Shown: in pieces, positions 25,574-37,291 of the stretch
How positions within the stretch are numbered: the stretch's first letter is position 1
How the letters are laid out: the number at the start of each line of letters is the position of its first letter
Assembly: GCA_973895155.1 (NCBI GenBank)
Contig: OZ316891.1
Span: 1,789,324 to 1,853,323, forward strand
Reading direction: 5' to 3'
Origin: Marsupella aquatica
Lineage: Eukaryota; Plantae; Marchantiophyta
Length of the DNA stretch: 64,000 nt
Position numbers and translations under genes: made by a program
The notes under the pieces: generated by a model
Database searches by the model: none
The model's input: the letters and a program-made list of their open reading frames with translations, nothing else
What the model was told of the DNA's origin: nothing

Positions 25574-28500
25574 GCAAAAACCAAGTAGTCCGGGCACATT
25601 TAATTTTCTGTGAGACATCTGGAGAATTGTGCTTGAATACTTTTGCTTCAGATCAGCCTGCAACGGGTTGGACGGTACGTTCCTTCCCCTCACGATATAT
25701 TGTCAACTGTAACGTCGATCACTACCTTGTTATTTCCATCCCATCTCCATCCCAACCAGGATCCCAACAATCACGACAACCACAGTGGATTCGATCTCAA
25801 AACGCGTTTTAGTTCAGTTTCACGGCCATCTCCAAAGCAGGTGTTTTTATTAGACTGCGTTGTCCACTTCATTTGGGGTTCACGGTTTAGGGTCCACCAT
25901 AGTCACGGAGATTCTCATCTATTGCTAAGAATACATTGCCATAATTAACCCCACGACACCAATTATCAAAACATAAGGATTTTTTTCAGATGGTCTAGCT
26001 GTTTCTTACTTCAGCGCTGGTCGCTGGTCATACGTAACTACAATCTGCGATCCCTGAGTTCCGGCCTCAACATATTCATTAGCTGTTATGTAGTCATTCG
26101 TCATTCTCTGTTCCTTATTTCAGCGCTGTCACTTGTCATGTGTAGCTAGGTACTCACTACTATAGTGGCCAATCCTTATCTGCAATCAACTCATCTTGCA
26201 TGTCATTCGTTGGTCCCTCAGACACTCGTATCCTCGTATCCTGCTGGAGTTTGGGTCCTTACGTAGCCTATTTAAGCCAAGCAAGCCCGTCAAAACTTGA
26301 AATAGCAATCGGGAATCCTTCGCTGATCGAGCGTTCAAGCTGTTGAAGATTCTTCCTTCGCTGAGAATTTATCAACTTCTCGTGCATTGTTGTTGCCAAG
26401 CGCCAGCTTAGGGCACTTATCCTTCTCAGCAAATGGAGGATCCTCTGGATTGGGCATCGGATGGAGAAGACAACGTCTACTATGACAGTGAAGACGATGC
26501 AGATGATGGGTGTGACCAACAAGTCGAGATTAACGAGAACAATGAGCACTCAGACTATGAAATTCTAAGTCAGGAGGACATCCAGCAGCGCCAAGAAGAC
26601 GTGGTTTCCAGCGTCACCACTGTCATATCACTCTCGAGGCCTGAAGCTGTTGTTCTTTTGCACCACTTCAATTGGAACTCCAGCAAAGTGAATGAGGAAT
26701 GGTTTGAAGATGAGGAGCGAGTTCGCAAAATTGCAGGGCTTGTCCAATCCCATCCACAACAGGAAGAGGAAAAGAGATCTCTTCCAGACAGGACATGCGA
26801 AATCTGCTACGAGTCGCACGATTCAGAGCAAATGAAGTCGGCATCGTCGTGTAGACATTTCTTCTGCGACACATGCTGGACTGCATACATCCACACCGCC
26901 ATTGAAGACGGCCCAGGCTGTTTGACTCTTCGCTGCGCTCATCCATCCTGCAGCGCTGCTATATTGGAAGACATGGTTCTATCGTTGGTCTCACCAAAGG
27001 ACGGAGCCAAGTATTCAAGATACCGGCTGAGAGCGTTCGTGGAAAACAGGAAGACGACCAAGTGGTGTCCGGCTCCGGGGTGCGAGTATGATGTGGAGTG
27101 TGAGCAACAAGCTAGCTCTTTGTCCATTCTGTGCAAGTGTTCCCACAAGTTTTGCTGGAATTGTTTGCAGGAGGCTCACCGGCCTGCAGATTGTGAGACT
27201 GTTGCAAAGTGGGTTCTGAGATTTAGTTCAGAATCCGAAAACATGAACTGGATTCTGGTCAACTCCAAGGCTTGTCCCAAGTGTAAGCGACCAATAGAAA
27301 AAAATAACGGGTGCATCCATATGACCTGCCAGGCACCCTGCAGGTTCGAATTCTGCTGGCTCTGTCTTGGAGCGTGGACCACTCACAATGAGGAGTCGGG
27401 AGGAAACTACGGATGTAATGGATATGACGATGCCGTGAAACAGGGTCTGCTTGATGAAGTACAAAACAGAAGAAAAATGGCTAAAGACTCGCTAGACCGT
27501 TACACGCATTTCTATGAACGCTGGGTTGCGAATGAATCTTCGAGGAGAAAAGCCCATGAAGATCTGCAGCACGTGCAGTCCGTGATGGTCGACAAGCTCT
27601 ACGACAAGCAATGCCAAACTAAGTCCGAATTGGAATTCTTGAGTAAAGCATGGCTGCAGATCGTTGAGTGTCGACAAGTTCTGAAGTGGACGTATGCACA
27701 TCGCTACTACCTACCTGATCATGATCAAATGTTGGAGTACTCGCAAGCGGAGGCAGAAGCCTTTCTGGAGAGACTCCATGAGTGCGCCGAAAACGAGGTG
27801 CAACAATTTCTTGACGGTGAAGAGAGTCAAACTACCTTCAAAGAGTACCGTATCAAACTTGTACACTTGACGGGTTTAGCACACAAACATTTTGAGCAGT
27901 TTGTACAGATACGTGGAGAATGGAAGCGCGTGAGCAGATGTACAGAAAAAGTTAAAACGAAGTGGACACATTTAGACAAAGTTGGCAGGACTCCTCAAGT
28001 ACCTGGCTCTCAACGCCGATCTGTGATCGATCCGGTATAAATGTGCACAATGCCACAAGTCCATAACGGAGTCTGCCTCTAGACCATCCAACTAATACTG
28101 GGACTTATACACGAACGCTTGGGTTAGGAATTCCACAGCTTTGTCGATCTTGAGCTTCTCAGCTGTCACAAGCAGGCTCACGAGCAGGCTCACGAGATGT
28201 ATAGCAAACTCAAGAGGACGGCCCTATTGGGCAGCGACGAGAAGCTCTGCAGGATCTAGTTTAATTTGCATCCGTAGCCTTGCATCTTGTATAGATGACC
28301 GCTAGAGAACTGCTCCCACTCTGCTTGTTGTAAGCTGCCAAACCAAATTATGGTTTAGAGTATATATGGTTAAATATGAGTAGTTAGAGCCGACACTCAT
28401 GTATGGTTTGAGGGTCGGTATGAACACAAACGATAGTGCCTGAGATGATCTCTGATCAATTCGCGTAGCCATTTTTCGTCGCTTGTTATGACACTGTATC

Positions 28501-28758
28501 TTTGACAATCTGAGATAACTAAGTGTCTCACTATCCAGATACTGATAAGGTCAATCTGTCATCGGTCCTGTTTGCTATTGAATTGAATACAATTAACTGT
28601 CTGCCTTTGATGAATATCGCTCATGGCTCAAATTGGATTGATGAAAAGGAGTAGGCCTTCTAGTTTGGTCAATGATCATGTTAGAGCCGAAAACACTAAA
28701 TTAAAGATCTTGGGAATCCTTGTATTGCAACTCACTTTTGACTAAACTAAGGTGTTTT
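25574..28758 (+). repeat. Left arm of about 3.2-kb inverted duplication containing ARI copy 2
   Basis: Reverse complement of 47863-51045, near-identical in coding and flanking sequence. Confidence 0.92.
26433..28040 (+). CDS. ARI: ARIADNE-like RBR E3 ligase, intronless copy 2 (1-bp insertion near the end gives a new C-terminal extension)
   Basis: 535-aa ORF with acidic N-terminus, CEICYE...CRHFFCDTC RING1, WCPAPGC IBR and CPKCKRPIEKNNGCIHMTC RING2 with the catalytic Cys. An extra A near 27909 relative to the other copies. Confidence 0.88.
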   Translation: MEDPLDWASDGEDNVYYDSEDDADDGCDQQVEINENNEHSDYEILSQEDIQQRQEDVVSSVTTVISLSRPEAVVLLHHFNWNSSKVNEEWFEDEERVRKIAGLVQSHPQQEEEKRSLPDRTCEICYESHDSEQMKSASSCRHFFCDTCWTAYIHTAIEDGPGCLTLRCAHPSCSAAILEDMVLSLVSPKDGAKYSRYRLRAFVENRKTTKWCPAPGCEYDVECEQQASSLSILCKCSHKFCWNCLQEAHRPADCETVAKWVLRFSSESENMNWILVNSKACPKCKRPIEKNNGCIHMTCQAPCRFEFCWLCLGAWTTHNEESGGNYGCNGYDDAVKQGLLDEVQNRRKMAKDSLDRYTHFYERWVANESSRRKAHEDLQHVQSVMVDKLYDKQCQTKSELEFLSKAWLQIVECRQVLKWTYAHRYYLPDHDQMLEYSQAEAEAFLERLHECAENEVQQFLDGEESQTTFKEYRIKLVHLTGLAHKHFEQFVQIRGEWKRVSRCTEKVKTKWTHLDKVGRTPQVPGSQRRSVIDPV

Positions 28759-30797
28759 CGGCTCTAACATGTTTTCACCAGTGGATTAGTGGATTCTAAT
28801 TTCAAGAAGGATAATAGTGAAGACCAATGGGTTTGTGTTGAGTGTGATAATTCCAGTATTTGTAATATTTACTCAGTTAGTTTTCAGAAGTGGATGCTCT
28901 CATCCCATATGTATGGAGCAACATTAAGAATCTGTAGCCAAGTAAGATGTCTTACACTTTACAGACAGGAGTAGTGGATGACTTTTTTAGCTTGTTAAGT
29001 GCAATGTCAACTCTAATGTCTTGTAGTGAGTTTTCGTTGAAATTCTTTGGAGAACTTTGATATGTAGTCCTATATGTAGTTTAAATTAGATGTTTGTGTG
29101 CTAAAGCCCCAATGGCTTTCACACATTGCCAAATATTATATGGCAATATGTTTGTTTAGTGTACTTGTCACTTAATGGTACATTAAATAAAATGTGCATT
29201 TATGATTGAATCTCTTCGCAAAAGATTTTTTTTATAACAAATGAAGGGTGTTTTAAATCTCCAAATCTATCTGATTATAATAACATAGGTAAGTTTTATA
29301 TAGGACTGAAAATTCTGTTCAGAACGAACAAGATACATTTTAATGGTCTTCCAAAATATAACAAGGGGTACATGGGGGGCCTTCAGTCACAGGTATGTCT
29401 CAGTACATTTCCCTTAGTGAGGGCCCAGGGGCTCAACATAAGCACCTTTCACAAAGGTATGAGCCAAAAGTCCATTGACAGGTTTATCGTAACCACCATG
29501 GGCCCTCACTCTATGTATACTAAGTGTACCCCTGTGCCCGGACCCCCCTTGCCTACCCCTTCTTAGTATTTTTTCTTTCATATACATTACCCTTGTTCCA
29601 TGTAAAAAATTAGTTTTTGATAATTTTTTATACCCTTAGGTGACTTATAAAACTGATAAAATCTATATTTGAAAACCCATTGTGGAATTATAATAAGGAA
29701 AACCCAAGATAGGGCTAACATACAAGATCCAAAATGATGCATACAACGCCTAGTGGGCTTAAAATCACTCACACAGTTTAGATATGTTTTACCAGTTTGG
29801 CTAAACTAGTATAGGCAAGACTACGGACAAGACATGGATCGGTAGGGAATAGTGTTGAGCATAGACAACAATCGCAATGGCAAGCCCATGAACCATCTAA
29901 CGCACAAGAGTTGACACAGAGAGATACGTGATTCACCTCCACAGGAACACACATGAGCTTTACTGCACTCTAGGCCGACCGGCCATACCAAGCATCCACA
30001 ACGCAAGCTCTCTCTATCTCTCAACTAGCTCCGTAACAATGAGCCTGAGTTCTCACTCTCCAAGCAAACACCGCTTGGTTATAGAGTGTGCACAGCATGA
30101 CTAACCTAACCAAGTCTGCGACTAAGGTTAGCCTTAACTACGGTACAGTCGTAACTCTAGACCTAAAACACGATTTCGGACCGAACGAGAACTATTTCCT
30201 CTAAACGAGAAGTGTATTTTCATTTTCCGCCGAATCTCGCGAAATCGGCAGTTTTTTTCATCAAAAACACATTTTTGGGGAAATAATGTAATTCGTATCG
30301 GAGTTCGGATTGAAACAACAAATTTAATAATGATCAAAACCAATGAAATTCATGCTAACAAACATTCATATTATCAAGGAACAATTAGATCCGAAAAACT
30401 TTCTCCTCAACCTCATATTCACGCTCTCCGAAGATATATGAAAGGTCTTATCTATAAATCTATATCCATGTTTCGAGCCAAGTGCGATAACTGTATCGGA
30501 CTCCGGATTTGAGCCATGAAAGCTCCGACCCAATCTCAGTTTTATCAGTTTTTGGATATTTACCAAAAATATTTTACATCACAGTCGATAAGAATTACTG
30601 CACGGTTCGTCAAACTTACCTTGCAGTTACCTCCACAATTGACCAGTTACCTCCGCAAGTGACCATAGTCAACATGCCATTCTTTCAACAGCAATGCGTA
30701 GTCCGATAAAATTATCGCAAAAAATATGGGCGACAAAAATACTAGTCGACAATACTAAGATCCTTCGGTTCATCGGTTAAATTTCAAAATTCCTATC

Positions 30798-31000
30798 CAT
30801 ATGAAGAAAACTCTTCGCAATACCAACATCAGATAAATTTATCGCTTCAATTTCAGAATTGCAACTTCCATATGAAGGAACCACTTTTGCAATACCAACA
30901 TCAGATAAATTTATCGCTTCAATTTTAAATTGCAACTTCCATATGAAGGAACCACTTTTGCAATACCAACATCAGATAAATTTATCGCTTCAATTTCAAA
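30798..31000. repeat. About 72-bp tandem repeat, 3 copies, each carrying AGATAAATTTATCG, upstream of the transposase promoter
   Basis: CATATGAAG...GCAATACCAACATCAGATAAATTTATCGCTTCAATTT repeated; motifs at 30831, 30903 and 30974. Confidence 0.88.
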
Positions 31001-31092
31001 ACTATATAATTTTGCCACGATGCACTTGTGAGAATGAAATTGGAAATCCAAGAAATATACCCTTTTCTGCTATTTTGTCGTTTAGGGTGACA

Positions 31093-31144
31093 GCCAATCA
31101 AAAGTGGACACATGGGCCAACCCCTCAACAGACACTATAAAAGG
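31093..31144 (+). promoter_or_regulatory. Putative transposase promoter (CCAAT box and TATA box)
   Basis: GCCAATCA near 31093 and CTATAAAAGG near 31135, about 120 bp upstream of ATG 31257. Confidence 0.5.
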
Positions 31145-31256
31145 GCCACCGCTGATAAGTTTTTGGCGTCATTATCGAGAGTAGAGTTTTGGGAGTTGTG
31201 TTCTTGGAGCAACATTCTGTCCGTTGAGCCTTTCGTTTTCCCTGATTGCGGGAGGA

Positions 31257-33750
31257 ATGCAAAGCCCCATAGTGTCTCGGATAGCCATGTCTCAATCAGA
31301 CACAGATTCACCTTCCAGTTCAGTTGAATCCTCTTCTAATCTTGTCGCTCGCTATTTGCCAAGTCGCATACTTAAAGCTCTACCTCTCTCACAGCAAATA
31401 GTGCCCGAAATCTCTGACTCAGATTCTGATGCAAGTTCTGGTCCTGAGCCCAGTGCTTACTATGTGTCGCCTAGTAAACCTGAGAAGCGTCGTCTCTTGA
31501 GCGTTCCATCGCCAAGAAATGAGAAACTTTCAATCCCAGGTTTAGGTCCGAGACGTCGCTTCAGGCCATCTAGCCCGGGTTATGGAGAGGGTATCCAACG
31601 ACCGATATGCGTATCGCAGTCGACATTCAAGTCGCCACATTCAACACAAGTTCAACGACGGATCTTTCAATCTCCGGGTGAGGATCGGGACACAGAAATA
31701 CAAAGACTGATACGGCGATCGGTCTTTGCATTGCCTGGACTGGATGTGCGAGCAAGCGAGGGAATCGGACTGCGAAGTCCAGACTCGGCCCTTTCTCGAA
31801 TGGTCCGTGGGAATCGTGGTGAACAAGTGCTCAATTTTCCAGTAGCTCGCGGAGTCATTGGGACTGCACGTGCGAATCCAGAATCTCCAAGTTCTCAAGG
31901 GCGGACTATCATTGGTTCCAGGCTCCAAGTATCGAGGAGAGGTCTTAGTGGCGTTCGGGTTATGTATAGAGAGCCACGGAGTCCAATTGTGTTTTCAGAT
32001 GAGTCGAGTGCATCGGAGGACGAAGATGAGGAAGGAGATAGAGAATCCGATATAATAGCACAAGTTGTGTCTGAATGTTTAGAAGGAGCTGTCGAAGAGA
32101 ATAGTTATAGTCGTCTATTCAGTGCCCCTCTAAATGCGTCAAGGAGATCTGTAGAGGATGGTAGCTCAGCAGAGAGTGATGCATCTATTCGCGAGGCACC
32201 TGAAGGACCTGAAAATGCCAATGTTATGAACGGATTTCAGGCTGTAGAGAAGTCAAATGAGCCTAGTAAAAAAGATAGGGACCGAATTACTAGGAAAGAC
32301 AATGTGATAAATGACAAATTGAATAGAAACAAAATGAGAGAAATTCATAAGTATTCGTGTTGTGATAATTACTGTCTGAGGAATTTGGGTTTGCTAGCCG
32401 TGACGAAACAACGCACTTATTACTATGGGCTATCCTACCCAAAGAAGAACGTCCTTCTAAGAGGATGTGTGAAGGGTGGGCATGCTGGTGCAAGTGGTTA
32501 CTCAGTTAGCGGTAGATCCTTTTGTCGGAGTGGTTTTAAGAAATTATTTTCACTAGGAAATAATCATCTCCAAAAAATCTCGTAGAACATGTTTTCTCGG
32601 ATACAGATCGATACAGTTTGTCGAGAAAAATCACCCGCACATCTTGGTCTCGTCCAATGGCTGGATGATTTTTTTTCCACAAATGTCGAGAGTCTCCCCA
32701 ACAAGGATATCTTTCATTTACCTGACAATTGGACAAAAACAGAAGTTTTTGATGCCTTCCAGTCCGAAACTCTAATGCGCCAAGAACAAGGCATGACATA
32801 TTCGTGGTTTGTTCGCATTTGGAACAAGAAGTTTCCTCGCGTGCGCACCCCCAAAAGGAGCCGTTTCTCCACCTGCGCCCCATGTACTGAATCAAAGCAG
32901 TCCGCGACAAGGCAACACTCGAAGCAGAAAAGAGTAAGTTTCTAAACCTGTGTGTTACTCCCGATAATTTTATCGGGTTGAGTATTCATGTGCTTCTTCT
33001 TTGGCCATGTGAGTGAATATATCGTTTGAACAGTTTGAATACGAACCTGATAAATTTATCGCTGTCACAGTTTTTCATTACGGTCTTGTGTTTGAATACT
33101 GAACCCGATAAATTTATCGTTGTCACGGTTTGTCATTACGGTTTCGTGTTTGAATACTGAACCCGATAAATTTATCGCTGTCAGGGTTCAACATTGCGGT
33201 TATCATGTTTTGTCCTAAACATTTTTATTATTGTAGGAAAATTCTCAACATTGCTAAACGAGCATCGGAAGGGACAAGCAATCGAGAGGGAGAAGTTAGC
33301 AAAGCACCGGAGCAAATGTTACAAGAGTCCGGAGAAATATTTGGGCATCTGTATTGATGGAATGGATCAAAAGAAGACAGAGTTACCTCATTTCATTCGG
33401 TGTCCAAAGAATATGGATGAAAAGTATTTCATCCCCGTACACGTAGTGGGTTGTTTGATCTTCAACAAATAATTAAGTTCAAATGTTTTTTTGAACTATC
33501 CAAATATTAACAATGATAGCAACTTGACCATCCACGTTATCCAGCATATTCTGAATACCTGGGAAGGTCTGCTCCCTCCAGTGCTTTACCTCCAGTGCTT
33601 TACCTCCAGCTTGATAACACAGCTCTGGAAAACAAGAATAAATATCTTATGGCATATTTGAATATGTTGGTGAAGATAGGTGTTTTCCATAAAATAAAGG
33701 TTGGTTTCCTATTGGTGGGGCACACCCATGATCAAATTGATCAAATGTTT
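31257..33750 (+). pseudogene. Sola-like DDD transposase, 2 exons, disrupted and 3'-truncated
   Basis: Long S/P/R-rich N-terminus; CCDNYC; WNKKFPRVRTPKRSRFSTCAPC; catalytic-like motifs ICIDGMDQ, LYLQLDN...ENKN and FLLVGHTHDQIDQMF. GT-AG intron 32934-33236. Lesions: TAG at 32583, frameshift near 32890, TAA at 33470, 14-bp duplication near 33595, truncation near 33750. Confidence 0.85.
33035..33183. repeat. About 58-bp tandem repeat, 3 copies, in the transposase intron, each carrying the GATAAATTTATCG palindrome
   Basis: TTTGAATAC(T)GAACC(C/T)GATAAATTTATCG(C/T)TGTCA; motifs at 33048, 33106 and 33164. Confidence 0.88.
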
Positions 33751-35283
33751 ACCCAAGCTTCCAGCTCACCATATATTTGCTTCCCGTTCATTTTAAACAA
33801 CTCGGACTTTGCCCGAGCACCATGATTCCCTCCAATAATTCTATACTTCCATACCCTTGACTTCAGGATGTCCCAATCTGCGGTTGTGGGACAATCCTTC
33901 GGATCCACACACAGCACGAACGGGGCACTGAAGTTGGTGGGGTTTTTCATGAGAAGTATCTTGATATTTTCCACATGCAATCTATTCACTGGTCTAATCA
34001 AAGTTGACAAATCCCCCTCCTCATCAAATATGAGATTGTCGACATGCAGAAGCACAGTTGTCCTTTGCACCCTTCGTTGCATCAGAAGACTGAGCTCTGC
34101 CTTGATCGCGTCCGTCTCATACATCGAAAGAGCCGTCTCCTCCTCCTGATCAGCCTACAAAAGCGTTGCAAATTCAATTAAGGAAAGAAACTGCGAGATT
34201 TTTATCGGAGTTTGCATTTGTTCAACATAACTCCACAATCCGCAATTCAGGAAATAAACAGCGAGATTTTTATTGGATTTCGTATTTGTTAAACAGTACA
34301 ACGACATAGTACTTACCAATGGCGCCGCAGGAACCGCGACTGGAACTGATGGAATTGACGGAGCTCTATCTACTTCTGCAGCCACCGTCTCAGTCTAGCC
34401 AGTCCTCTTCCTCTTTGTGCTAAGTCCAGAACCAGATGGCCCGGATCCCTCGGATCCTTTACTTTCGCTTGGTTTAACGGATGGTCCTCGACGGTTGCCC
34501 CGGCCTCTCCCACTACCGCCAGTTTCCTGGCTCTTCTTCCCACCGTCAGAGGTTCCCGCGGCATCTCCCCTGCCGCTACCTCTCCCTTTCCCTCTTCCAC
34601 TTCCCGAAACCCGACTAGAAGTTGTAGGTTCGTCCACGTCAATATGTGTAGAGGATTGCAATGGTTCTTTCCGCCCCGACATTTTATCGGCATTAGAACC
34701 ACCGCTACCACTTGAACCTGGTTTCTTGAAAACAATTTTGCGGACAGGTTTGAACTCTTCACCCACGTCTTTCGTACTCTGCGTTCACCCTTGGAAGCAT
34801 GATGGCATCACAATCTTGCACATACTAGCCGATCCAAGCCGAACCCATAACATTCATCTCTCTTGCTGCCCGAACTTCCGCAACAAGGGGATCTTCTGGA
34901 TAACTGTCCATCAATTTCTCATCAAAGTTATCGAGAGTAACAATGAGAGATGTGAAACCCTTGTGCCCACACATTGTCAAGAAACTAAGGCCCTCTGTCA
35001 ACACTTTTCCCTCCCCGTGGCCAACCATGAACTCGACGACGGCAACAGCAATGACAGGGCCATACGAAACATTAACCTTCGCCGATTTTTGCAACTGGAC
35101 CCAAAGGATTGGGGTAGCACAATCTTCAAAACCCGTGGACTGTAATCTGGCGTCACGGAAGTACCATGACTTCTTGATACACTTGACCTCTTCACAAATG
35201 TCTTCACTCGTCCAAATTGCATTGGTGAGGCTTGTCATGAGACTTTCTGCCTCAGCAGATCCACTCTTTCCACTAGCAGCCAT
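33741..35283 (-). pseudogene. Transposon cargo gene with a ParB/Sulfiredoxin-like domain, 3'-truncated
   Basis: ATG 35283 (MAASGKSG..); Gly/Ser/Arg-rich linker at 34395-34766; in-frame phase-0 GT-AG intron 34316-34155. The last exon reads LHVDNL..IRPVN..HVENIK..APFVLCV..YRIIGGNHGARAKSEL..LEAWV, matching the ParB/Srx core pattern. Stops at 34825 and 34395, plus a frameshift near 34780 if the first ORF belongs to the same gene. Confidence 0.7.
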
Positions 35284-35481
35284 GGCAAAGTCTGCAAATA
35301 AACAAATTCCAATGCAAAGAGCGATAAAATTATCGCCGCCAATCTCACAGCACATGTGGACACGACATCTCATCACACAAGGACAAAGAGACCCGCAATG
35401 CAAATGACCGATAAAATTATCGCAAAAGTGAGCCTTCTTTAAATTGACGGCCGAGTGTACAGGTCGAAGAATCAGCTACAG

Positions 35482-35523
35482 AACCCTAAATCCAAAACCT
35501 TAACCCCTAAACCTAAACCCTAA
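35482..35523. repeat. Degenerate plant telomeric/telo-box tract inside the transposon
   Basis: AACCCTAAATCCAAAACCTTAACCCCTAAACCTAAACCCTAA. Confidence 0.65.
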
Positions 35524-36233
35524 TCATAGTTGAACCTCGCCAGAGCAAAGCGTTCGATCCGCTTCTTGGGCCATTGGGGAATATGAGTGACGCGATGATC
35601 ATAAGCCCACAGCCAATGGAAATCAACTTCACCAGTCTCAGGATTCACTACTGCTACTGAATACCGGCGTGACAGAATGTCACAACAAGCATTTGTGCAG
35701 CATGGACAGATCTCACCATTGGCAAGGACGTTTGTCCACAGGCAACTTACATAGATCAAGTTAAAGAGAGCACAGACCGGCTGGGGGGGGAGTTGACGAA
35801 TCTTGTATGAATATAGTTTCCCACCAGTGTCAATAAAAAACTCGGTGGCAAGAGGATTGTCCAGCTCGTCAATCACATCCTGAATCTCATCGAATGCTCT
35901 ACGTCTGTTGTCGGCATAGAATTCTGGCTCATAAGCAGGATTGCCCTTCACAACATCACAGCAGTGGAGTATAAAACGTCTTACTACACCGGTTTTCAGA
36001 AAGAGTAGGATAACTCTTCTAGAAAATCCAACATATCTATCCCACCGAATATAAATTTCTCCCCCTACCTGATCTACGTAGAAGTGAAATGCGTTATGGA
36101 AAAACGGTTTTACTACCAGCCTGCATATCTTTAAAATTAGTGACTCATCCAGCCTCCTTAGCTGGTCCAGCATGGCTCCATTCCCCCATTCTGGAGGATC
36201 CAGGTAGGGTACAAAAATGCGTCGCTCGAGCAT
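35520..36233 (-). CDS. Transposon cargo ORF, 237 aa, possible divergent split F-box-like protein
   Basis: Uninterrupted ATG-started ORF. LRRLDESLILKICRLV and LFNLIYVSCLW resemble the two halves of an F-box motif separated by an insertion; Cys cluster CPCCTNACC. Confidence 0.55.
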   Translation of the reverse strand: MLERRIFVPYLDPPEWGNGAMLDQLRRLDESLILKICRLVVKPFFHNAFHFYVDQVGGEIYIRWDRYVGFSRRVILLFLKTGVVRRFILHCCDVVKGNPAYEPEFYADNRRRAFDEIQDVIDELDNPLATEFFIDTGGKLYSYKIRQLPPQPVCALFNLIYVSCLWTNVLANGEICPCCTNACCDILSRRYSVAVVNPETGEVDFHWLWAYDHRVTHIPQWPKKRIERFALARFNYD

Positions 36234-36548
36234 GGCCTGATCACCGAATAGAAATCAGGAATAAATTTTGGAGAACATACTAATTACAATTCTACAAGTT
36301 TCATCCAACTTTACAGTATCTTGTATAACGGGCTGTGAAGCCAATGCACTTGTCAGCTAATCGTCCGAAGAGGCGCAAACAAATACACTCTGGACCACAC
36401 AACCCGAAGTCAGGGGAGGCAGAGTCAATTACATTCAAAGTGTTTCTTTACAAGCTCTTCTCGAGCAAACCTTAGAGCACCCAAAATCGACTAGAGGAAT
36501 GAGGAGTGCGATAAATTTATCGGATGTTCGCAGCAATGCCTCATCCAC

Positions 36549-37097
36549 TCAGACTCGTCCATGCCATGCAAGAATTGTCCGCTTCCCGCTTTCTCCAAGA
36601 TTTATCCAAACTCTAAGAAACTGATCTAACTGCTCATACGAAAAGCACCCAAGCATATCTATGGGAGGGAGGAAATGAGTTTCCTCTCGGAAGACCCTAG
36701 CAATATGTATGTTTGAGAGAAGGTCGGCATTAGGAATGCTTGCGAGCATTTTGTTTATGTCATTGATCTCACGGACTGCATATTTCAATAGCGCCCAAAA
36801 TTGTGTACCAACAACAAGATGGTTCCATTTCTTTGAGGTGGCTCCAAGACAAATGATTGTTCTCATTCGAGTCAGTCGTTCTTCTAGTAGAAGTTTTAGG
36901 TCAAGGCCAAGGTGTTCATCTTGTGTGCAAGACAAGGCTAGGAGGGGCCAAATGTGAGATTCAACGAGTTGATCGGGAAGTCCATTCAACAAACTTCTGC
37001 ATTCCACACCGGGCACTTTTTCTCGAATATATTTCCTACGCTCGTGGGCTAAAACGGATCCCATCTTTGCAACGATTAGATTCTCCGACGCAACCAT
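36549..37097 (-). CDS. Transposon cargo ORF, 182 aa, F-box-like protein
   Basis: LLNGLPDQLVESHIWPLL...IICLGATSKKWNHLV follows the plant F-box pattern (LIPGLPD..L...I...L / L..VSK.W..LV). Intact ORF. Confidence 0.68.
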   Translation of the reverse strand: MVASENLIVAKMGSVLAHERRKYIREKVPGVECRSLLNGLPDQLVESHIWPLLALSCTQDEHLGLDLKLLLEERLTRMRTIICLGATSKKWNHLVVGTQFWALLKYAVREINDINKMLASIPNADLLSNIHIARVFREETHFLPPIDMLGCFSYEQLDQFLRVWINLGESGKRTILAWHGRV

Positions 37098-37291
37098 GAA
37101 GTAGAGCTACCAAAACCACCAATAAAAATACCTTCAATCACCAGGTGTAACCGAACACATCCACAGTACCAACCCTGCACGACAGTTTAACGATTAGGAC
37201 TTGTGACGTATTATATTCGCTGCGCAAGGGTAGGACTTGTTTATTTAAATATGTCCTTACAAGACGCGCCTCAATGCAAAGGTCGAAACAC

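Noticed and set aside
34417-35407. Pro-rich 242-aa and 154-aa ORFs on the + strand
   Set aside because: Antisense shadows of the minus-strand cargo gene.
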